From contig NW_021836325.1 of the NCBI RefSeq assembly GCF_006345805.1, positions 1-24,595 of the forward strand: DNA of 24,595 nucleotides. The letters run 5' to 3'. Position 1 is the stretch's first letter; every line of letters starts with the position of its first letter. The position numbers were made by a program, and so were the translations under genes. Source of the DNA: Octopus sinensis. Its lineage: Eukaryota. The notes under the pieces were generated by a model. It ran no database searches. It saw only the letters and a program-made list of their open reading frames with translations, and was not told the DNA's origin. This document shows, one piece after another, positions 12,193 through 22,500 of the stretch.

Positions 12193-13456
12193 TATCCATC
12201 TATCTATCTGTGTGTGTATGTGCATCCTAATAGAGTGGTATGTAAATAGGTCGAAATGTATGTGTTTAGTTAGCCTTCCTCTGAAATGTACCTTGTATGA
12301 TTGTTTAAATTAATTTTAGCCAAGTGCGATATATTTCGACACCAAATGATACATAAATAAAGTTTACGTTTTTCTAGTTTTGCTAAGTCTTGAATGACAA
12401 TCATGCATGCAAATACTTGAGTCAATGACTACCAATATTAAGAATCAGATAGATGATGCTTCAAAGTGTAACCAATCTCTCTCACCCTACTGAATCGTTA
12501 GTACATCTCTGAAGACGTCCTCTATGTAAAATGCAAGTAAATTACATCCGGCTTATCTATATCCAAATTTTCGGTGCTAGTATAGTATGCGGTCTACTAC
12601 GTAGTCAAACAGTATAGCCAGGGTTATCTACCTAAAAAACTACTCGATATCACCTCACCTTTCCACTTGTAGTTTACCTTCTATTTAAATGTTACAGAAA
12701 GATTTTTATACACGTGTCATCTTGACAGAGGAAACAGCAGTCACATTTTTTAAAAGATTACAATCTGCTGGATACACAAAAAGAGGCAGATCCCTGCAAT
12801 CGATGCGGTGCTGTCATGCAGGAAAAAACGAAAGCGTGAGAGAGGTGGACAGTTCAAGCCTGTACTTCGTTGTCCTCGAAAGGGTTGTCAAACTTCACTG
12901 AAAATTTTTAATGTCTGAAATATATGAAGTTTTTTATCTTTCAAATATCTGGAAATATCTTGCGACTGAGTGCAACGATCTAACTCAGACGGCATGCGCC
13001 TTCACACCTTGAAAGTTTAACTTCCTTTTTTCATATACACAATATATTTCCGTTTCATATTTATTTAAAAAGTTGTTTATTTTCTAAAGATTTCTGGATG
13101 ACAAAGAGCGCTCAGAATATTATTGGCTCGGTGATGTGTTGCCCAGGATGTTTCAGTCTGTATAGAATCGCTGCGCTCTATCAATTATTGGATGAATATT
13201 CTGAACCAAGTACGGAATCGATGGATGTATTTGTCAAAGACACAGGTACGGCGCCAATTATTTCGTTATTTCACTCTGTGTATAGTAATTGGTCCGCTCG
13301 TTTATTGTTTAATATATTTCCGCTCTGAGTGAGATATAGCCTATATTCTGACTTTTATGCTTCTGAGTTCAAATAACGTCATGGTCAACTTCGCTTCCGG
13401 GGTCGATAATTCGTATAACATTCTTCTCAAATTTCCTAACCTTGTGCCTAAAAAAG

Positions 13457-13503
<47 letters not shown>

Positions 13504-16500
13504 GTTTGGCTTTTGCATTGTATCTGTACAAGTTGACTCCAAGTCTCGTCCAGATTCCTCAAGAGACAATATAGAACTTCAAGTTGGTGTTATGACTAGG
13601 GTGCTAGAGTATTGTTCCAGAGAATGTCTGTCAAAACATGAGTAAATTAGAAGTTTGTTTTAAGTCATTTGATTATACGATTATTGTGTGATGTTAAGAT
13701 GAAAGTAAAAGGTGTTTGCTGTTATGTATATTTAAAAGTATTTTGACACTGTTTACAGACTAAAATGCTTTGGGATTACATAGAAATATTTTACGTAGGA
13801 TATGAATAGTTCCCATGAGCACTATTTTTTGAATTTCTTCCATTTTGGGATTTCCTGGTATCTGAGATATGTAGCAATCAGCTGCTTTTGCTATCATTCT
13901 TAGGGAACCTATGACGACAGGTATTGTTTTAGTCTTGAGGTTCCAAATTTCTTTTATTATTATTATGGTCGCCATACTGGAAAGACTCAAAAAGTTGGAG
14001 ATCTGGATTTTTTAAGTGTTTAATTAAGCATTTCAGCTGGTTAAAGCATGTTCAGTCAAATATTTTCTTATACGTATTTTGCTAACATGGTTTATATCGC
14101 GCTGATAATATTTCTGCGCAATTACACTCCCTTTTGGTGTGTTTATCTACTCGGTAATATTTATTTAACGTTTTGGGGGCTCGTTTTCAGGGGCTAGATC
14201 GCTGCAATGCGCTGCAGAAACAGCTCGAAACCATTTAACATCGCACACTAGGGCCCATCAAGCATGTTACCTCTTCTCTACGTGCTGGCTCTCGAGCCAC
14301 TGCTGCGGAAGTTGGAACAGTTAAGGGGCGTTTTCTTATAAATACTTCTTTCAAAGTCCAAAGTTTCTCTGGTAGTTAAAAAAGATTGGGAATGTGTATC
14401 ATGTACGATATATGGACGCTAGAGAAATATGTCTATGATCCCAAGTGATACACAGGACAGAAGAAAGGTGATAGTTTTCTCGAAACCTCTTTATTTCTTT
14501 TATTTCGTTTTCATATCTTTTACATTGTTTCTTCTTTACTTTTTAAGGCGAGGATCGCTGGTTGTGTACTCTTATGATGATGAATGGTTGGAAATTAAAA
14601 TATTGTACGTACGCTTTCAACACAACTTTCTGTCCTTCTACAATGGACGAGTTCTTGAAACAACGACGACGCTGGATATTATCTGATTTGGCCAATACAT
14701 TCCTAGTTTTGAAATATCTTCCCAGACTGGTGCGACATAATGCCTGTTTTACAGTCATTTACATCATCTATCTCGTTCAGTTGTTCCTTATTGTTATCAT
14801 CTCTCCAGGTAAATATATCTTTTTTTACTTGCTTCAGTCATTGGACTGTGGCTATGCTGGGGCGTCGCCTCGAATGGTTTTATTCGAAGAGAACTACACA
14901 AGTTCTTATTATTTTGAAGTCCATGCTTCTGTCCTATACAAAATGTGCTCAAAAATACAAGATTTGTATGCACTTATTTTAGTTTTCAGACTGACACCAG
15001 TTCATTCCTCAAACGATACGAAAGTTTTTCAAACGCACTTGTAGCTTTAGACATTCTAATATTGACTTTGTCAACAAGAGTACTCTTAGAGTTTATTGTG
15101 CTTCCAATATATTTTAAATGACCTGGCCCATTTGAGTGGCCTATTGTCAATCTTCCCATTTGAATCTTTTCTGTTCCAGGGTTTGGTTTGAAGAAAACTT
15201 CAGTCTAAAATCTTATGGTATCAGTTTGATAAACATTGTACGGAAACAATCGTCATGAAAGCAGGAAGGTGTGGAGGCTTCATTTGTTACGAAAGCTTGT
15301 GAAAATTCTATCTTTAGCGCTCTCGAGCCACCAGCTCTGCATGCAGACAGCCTTGTCCTCATGTGATATTAATACGAACAGGAATTTAGGTTATTTGGAC
15401 GAAAAACACACACACATACACCCATAGAGAACAAGCCCGTACCGTTTAAAACAAATTCATTGCCGAAATAGTTTGAAGTTAAAAGCCTTATAGCGATGGG
15501 ATATGGTGACGGGAACAGGCAAAGGGTGTTGCTGGAGCCTCCTCGCCAGAGTCCCACACATAGGGGGCACAGAGGGTAATGGTCATCTCACTGTGGAATT
15601 CGAAGGCACCTGCAAGATTCGTGTGGCAAGCAGTCTTATCTAGTTTTATCACTGCTTCTACAATATCGGAGAAAACGAATTCTAAAAACTGTATCGCCTT
15701 CAATTAATTTGGCATTAGCTGCAAATGTCTAGCCATCCAGTTTATTGCAATCGAGATAAAGATAAGGAAAATAAAAGTAACATGTTGTTGGAATGTAAGT
15801 ACTTTAGAAGACAACAAACATGAAAAACATCACTAATTGCAAAGGTAATCAACTCACATAATATTGATGTTGCAATTCTAAGTGAGACCAGACTTCCGGA
15901 CACAAATGAATTAAAAGATAAAAGTAGTTATACATTATTTTGGAGCATAAAGCCGGCAGATGAACCAATAATCAATGGTGTTGTTTTACCATTAAATCGA
16001 CCCTACCTTGCAAGTTGACATCCATCCCTCGAGCTCTTGATGTGTATTTCACGGCATTCTGTATACCCATAGGTAATTCCTCATCTACGCACATTATCAG
16101 TTCATATGAACCTACTTTATCAACGTCTGAACAATAATATGATATTTTCTACTCTAAATTGCAGTCAATTGTCAGTAAAATTCCATGCCACACATTAACA
16201 TATTTTAAATTTGTCTTTCTTATTTCTCTGCAGGTTCCACCATTATTCTAATTACAGCTGGGTTAGACTTGCTATTCGAAATAACATTTGTGGCGCCTAC
16301 AGTCTTAGTTTGTATGATACTTTTAGGCTATATGATCATCTGTATGTTTGTTCCGACGAAGATTCAAGTCTATATCACAACCTTCTTAATATTTGTATTT
16401 GGCATTGCGATTTCATGCGTCTTCATAGGTATTACCATCATTGTTGCCAGAGATATTATCGAAGGTCAGTTGTAATTTATATGCGTCTCTTTATCTGTCT

Positions 16501-19500
16501 GTCTGTCTGTCTTGTGAGTGTAGACTTATTGGTTAGTTACCGTCGAGTCGATTCATTGCTTTGGTGATTCCTTATTGCTTACTTTGTTGCTACATTTTGA
16601 TGAATCGTGGACCACACAACTCCAAATTCAACCCGATTCTAAGTTAATTCTTGATTTAAAGCAAAGCAAAAATTTATATTTTTTATTACTACAAATATGC
16701 TATAATAGAATAGTATTGTGGTTGGGTGCCGCATGTTATTTGATTATTTATCTTAATTAATTGGCAACTTTTATTTTTTTTGCAATGGCTCTTGAGATAA
16801 GTATGGAATGGATAAATTTCTCCTCCATGCACAGAACTAATTATTTCCAGCAAGCTGGAATCAATATAGAACAATCTCAAATAATTCACTGATTCCCCAG
16901 CTTCAAAAGCATAGTGCTAATAAACTATAAGTGCTAACAACAGAAAAAAATTGCCGTTATTTGTGGCTATGGTTTGGTATTACCAGTGACCTCAAGCCTT
17001 GAAGCGACGGACTTCAGTGTTTGCAATGTCTATTTACTCTAATTTATGTTCTGCAAAAGGCGGTGAGCTGGCAGAAACGTTAGCACGCCGGGCGAAATGC
17101 GTAGCTGCATTTCTCTGCCGTTACGTTCTGAGTTCAAATTTCGCCGAGGTCGACTTTGCCTTTCATCCTTTCGGAGTCGATAAATTAAGTACCTTTTACA
17201 CACGGGGCCGATATAATCGACTTAATCTGTCTGTCCTTGTTTGTCATCTCTGTGTTTAGCCCTTTGTGGGTGGTAAAGAAATAGGTATTTCGTCTGTGTT
17301 TACGTTCTGAGTTCAAATTCCGCCGAGGTCGACTTTGCTTTCATCCTTTCGAAGTCGATAGATTAAGAACCAGGTGCATATTGGAATCGATCTAATCGAC
17401 TGGTCACCTCCCCCAAAATTTCAGGCCTTGTGCCTAAAGTAGAAAAGAATTTATGTTCTGCAGAAATGCGACCAGATGATAGAGCTTTTACAATATCGCG
17501 ACAAAAGAACAAAACGACAAAAATAAAATGCTTAAGGTTATTTCTTCAGATTATTTTACGTTTCGAGTTTAGATCACGCTGAGTGCAACTTTGCCTTTTT
17601 TCCTTCCAAGATAAAATTAAAGTAACACACCCTCCTCTCAAAGTTTGCCTTGTTCCTAAATCAGATACAGGTACAATATCAATTTTCCCGGAGCATTTTG
17701 TTGAAAAGACTTTCCGGATTGAATTTTTCCGAATCAGGAGGAGTCACTTTTAAATAAATCAAATATTGAATATATTTAAATAATTAAATGAAATACAGTA
17801 ATTTCTACATTAGTATAAACAAGACTGCTACTCCGTCGGTTACGATGACGAGGGTTCCAGTTTAGCCGATCAACAGAATGACCTATTTCTAATAGCTTGA
17901 GCGATCGTATAGAGACCACTCCATTAAAATTTTTTACTCGAGCCCGACGTCTCATAAGACCAACTACTCAGTTTCCATGGAAGTTTCTACAGAGATGACA
18001 GCGTTCTTCCTGAGCGGGACGCCGACAGGTTTCAGAGTTCAAGGCCAGGAGCTTTGAGGGTAGGGAGCAAGCTGAGTAAATTGACACAAGATGAAAGGCT
18101 AAGTCTGGATTTGAACTCAGAACGCGAATAAGAGCAACAAATATCGGTGACGATCTGATCTCAGGCACTAACCATTCTGCTAGCTCACCGTTTCAATAAT
18201 AATAAAAATTTCTACTTTAGGCACAAGGCCTTGAAAATTTTGGGTAAGGGGGCTAGTCGATTACATCGACCCTAGTGTTCAACTGGTACTTATTTAATCG
18301 ACCCCGAAAGGATGAAAGGCAAAGTCAACCTCGGCGGAATTTCAACTCAGAATGTAGCGACGGCCGAAATATCGCTGAGCATTTCGTCCAGCATGCTAAC
18401 GATTCTACCAGTTCGCCACCTTAATAATACTTTCTACTGTAGGCAAAAGGGCAGAAATTGCGGGGAGGAGGCCAGTCGATTAGATCGACCTTAGTACGCA
18501 GGTGGTGTTTAATTTATCGACCCCGAAAGGATGAAAGGCAAAGTCGACCTCGGCGGAATTTCAACTCAGAATGTAGCGACGGACGAAATATCGCTGAGCA
18601 TTTCGTCCAGCATGCTAACGATTCTACCAGTTCGCCACCTTAATAATACTTTCTACTGTAGGCAAAAGGGCAGAAATTGCGGGGAGGAGGCCAGTCGATT
18701 AGATCGACCTTAGTACGCAGGTGGTGTTTAATTTATCGACCACGAAATGATCAAAGGCAAAGTCGACCTCGGCGGAATTTGAACTCAGAACGTAGAAACG
18801 GGCGAAATAACGCTAAGCATTTCGTCCAGCGCACTACCGATTCTGTCAGCTCGCTGCCTAAATAATAATAAGTTGTTTTACCTTAACCAGTTGAGCATGT
18901 CCCCTGGTGGCTGACGATATGTGCATCTCTGATCACGAGCAGAATTAGTGGGGAAGCATCATAGCTGTGTGTTGAAAGGAATTCTTAGAGGTTTGGATAA
19001 TTCACCTTTGGAAATATGAGTGTTTCGTTTAACATCCTTAAACAACCCTTATTCAGGGACCTTTTGAGCCGGATGGGTTACTCGATCAGAAGAAAATTCT
19101 AACTGGGCCGCACCTGCAATGTCTTGCGCTGTTTATCTTGATATGAGATCACCGTGTCGCGTACATATGGTTGTGATGCATGTGCCTGGTGTACCCTTAT
19201 CTGACGTGTAGTCGTGATGGGTATACTGGGCTTCAGTGTCACATTGATCGCATGCACTGCTCTCTCACTCAATAATAATAATTGCACTCAGACAGCGCAA
19301 ATCTCCGCCAAGGCAACACCAACGTCCTCTCAACGATTTGTTAGAGATGATTTTTAAAATGAGAATATCTGACATAAACTCGACTGCTCTCACAAACGAG
19401 AATATTAAAGTTAGGGTTAGGGTCTCAAAAATTAAGTAAAAAAAAACTGGAAAAATAATACAGAATCCTTGTCCGGTACCTGATCGATCCCGATGTTAGA

Positions 19501-22500
19501 CATGGAATATGAAGTTGGCTGCAGAAAATTTAGTAACTGTAATAAATAGTTTATCCTTATCTAATACAAGCCAAAGTCAACAAATTCACCATTCAAAATA
19601 GTTTCAAAGGTGGTGGTAATAATAATAAGTTGTACTCAGGAATTTTAAAATAAATACTATGAGACCTTTTGGCTTTCGCTTCTCTTAAACTCCGGTCTTC
19701 CTTTAGTATTCCTGTTGTTTTAGATCGATGTATAGATGTATATACATATGTAAGTATACTGTAAAGTTTTAATATGTATGTATAATATATATATATCATA
19801 AAAATATGTTAGTGTTATTTCATTTCTGAACGGTTTTGCTGCCGTTTGTTTATGTAGTTTGATTTCTTTATTCATCAGTTTCTACTAAGATAGAAACGCA
19901 AGTAAAATTAAGAACAGAGAAACGAAAAGAAACCTGTTTAAACAGCCTTAAAGGGAGATAATTGAGAAAGATACCACCAACAACAACAACAACTAAATAT
20001 TGATTTCTGTCCTTTGCAGATGATAAAGCTGGCACTCTGGAATTTGAAGATGAGTATATGTTACTCGTACTCCCGATCTGTATTATCTATGCCGCCGTTT
20101 TACACCCACACGAGTGCTGGATGTTATGTCTTGGATTTTTCTCCATGTTCATGGTTCCAACCATGAATATTTTGGTTTCAGCATATGCCATCAGCAACAT
20201 TATAGATCAAAGCTGGGGGACAAGGGATTCTGTAAGTATATTTATTTGAAATCGCTCGAAATGTTTTGAGTGTTTCATCTTTTACTTGTCTCATTAGTGG
20301 TGAGGTGGCAGATTGGTAAGTACGTCAGGAAAAGGCCTTAGCGACATAACGTTCGTCTTTATGTTCTGAGTTCAATTTCCATCGAGTCTGACTTTGCCTT
20401 TCATCCCTTTCGGAGTCGATAAAATAAGAACCAGTCAAACATTGAGAGCGATGTAATCGGCTTACACCCTCCCCCAGACTTGCTAGCCTTGTGCCAAACT
20501 TTACAAGCCAATGTTTGATCCAGTCATTGAACTACTACCATGCAGGGACACCAGCATGTAAGTGTTTTACTTGTACAGTTCCACCCGATTACTTATTAAG
20601 TTTGGTATTTATTCTATCATAGCCGAAGAGACGGGGACAAAAAGAAACCAGCACTGGTTGACAAGCGGTGGTAGGTGAAAGTGAAAACACACACACGCCC
20701 GCGTACATGAGGGCGCATATATACAGGTGAATGAATTATCGTCTCAATTACGTAAAAATGGAAATAACACTGACGTCTAATTTTAACATATATTTGCCAA
20801 AATTACATAAAGATTTCTTGATATACTAAAGAGTAAATTTATTTAATAAAATCGCCATTGGCTTCAACCACAGCCTCCAGATTTCAGAATCTCCTGCAAC
20901 CCTTCTGGACAGTCTCCTTGTATAAGTTGGTGAATACTGCCATAATCCTTGCCTTCAGTTCATCTTTGGTGTTACAAGGAATTTTGTTGGTCTGTCGCTC
21001 AACTGCGTCCCACGTATAATAAATTAAGGGGTTTGCAGTTTGGGGAGTTAGGTGGCCAGATGTTAGGGGTGATGTGGTCGTGGAAATTGTCTGACAGCCA
21101 TGACCGGGTCTTCTTGCAAGCCTGACATGGGCTCTTCCAGCAGCCATCCTCTTGTCCCAGGGCAGCACTACCTCCTGCAGGTACTTGATGGAGGCATCCA
21201 TGTTATGTGAGGCCGAGTGGGAAGATTAATTGTGGCATAACATCGCCATCACTAGTGATCACACCAAACAGCATGAATTTGATTGGAAGTTTGATTTTTA
21301 TCACTCTCGGTGCATGTTTAGGGTACAGGGCAAACACTCAGATCGACATTCTAACTCTCTGAAACGGTGGTATTGGAGCGTCCGGCACGACTTCCACGCA
21401 GTACATGTCGTTTTCACAGACGGTGCCCAACTGACCCTACTATTCTGTGTGGTCGAGTCGACAAGTGGTTAAGTATTCGGCTCAAGAATGTAAGGTCATG
21501 AGTTTGATTTTGGTAGTTGCATTGTGTCCTTGACTAAGAAACTTATTTCATATTGATGTATTTTACTCTGCTGGCAAAAATGAGTTGTACCTGTATTTTA
21601 AAAAAGGGTCAGCACTGTCACATTCTGTGTCATGCTGATTCTCCCTAAGAACTAAGCTGGATTTAATTATGTCCCTGTGACTTGTGGTTCGTCCATAGAC
21701 CCAATAATACAGTTATAAACTTGTTCTGTTCGACAAAATCCTTCAAAAAAATGCTCCAGTATGGCAGCAGTCGATTGACTTAAACAAGTAAAAGATAAAA
21801 AGAAAACGGGTTTTACTGTTTATTTATGTATTTATTTATTTGCAGAACAAAGCCTCCGCTCCGAAGCTGCTTTGTTTCCCCAAAATCCGTAAACGTCGAA
21901 AAAAGAAAAAGAAGATAAAGAAAGATAAAAGTAAGTTAATCCATGTTTGCTTCCTTTGTATTCTTTCACATTTCATCTTCACGATGTTGCCACAAGGGAA
22001 ACAGAAACTATAAGAAACTCTCCCCTGGTGGCTTTGCTTCAATCCAATGGCTACAACTCACAATAGAAAAATAATTCATTTGTTCTAGTTGTTATATTTT
22101 TCTTTTTTATATTTTTTGTATCTTTCAGACTGCGGCCATGCTGGGGCACCACCTTGTAAGGCCTAGTCGAATAAATTGACACCAGGACATTTCTTTTAAT
22201 GTCTCGTTCTTATTTTATCGGAAATTTTTACCAAATCGCTAATTAACGGAAAAGTTAACAAATTATCTGTGGTCAAGTGGCGGTGAGAACACACACACAC
22301 ACACACGCAAGCACACACACAAAACGTTCTTTTGTCTTCAGTCTACCAAATCTATTCACAAGACTTTTGGTCGGCTCGTTGCTTTAGTAGAACAGCAGAA
22401 AACAGATACTGAAAGTGCCACACAGTTGGATTGAACGTAGAACCATGTGACTGGAAATGAAACTTCAAAAAAAAAAAACCACACCTGCACCTTATTTTTT

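Noticed and set aside
14972-15045. Possible extra CHS exon after ttttcag in the intron following the QRRRW exon
   Set aside because: The flanking exons already join seamlessly as IISPG|STII and there is no convincing donor.
15488-15760. GC-richer stretch with a 71-aa minus-strand ORF
   Set aside because: No recognisable motif. It may be upstream sequence of the adjacent RTE fragment, but I cannot support a call.
17056-17145. tRNA gene (A/B-box-like sequence)
   Set aside because: No complete cloverleaf is evident, and the head is joined to a SINE body bounded by a TSD.
18200-18860. Regularly spaced repeats as a CRISPR-like array
   Set aside because: Whole 219-bp units are duplicated with no unique spacers, the context is a eukaryotic intron, and there are no cas genes.
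18312-18865. Duplicated 60-62 aa ORFs (MKGKV..., MRGGG...)
   Set aside because: By-products of the SINE tandem duplication, not genes.
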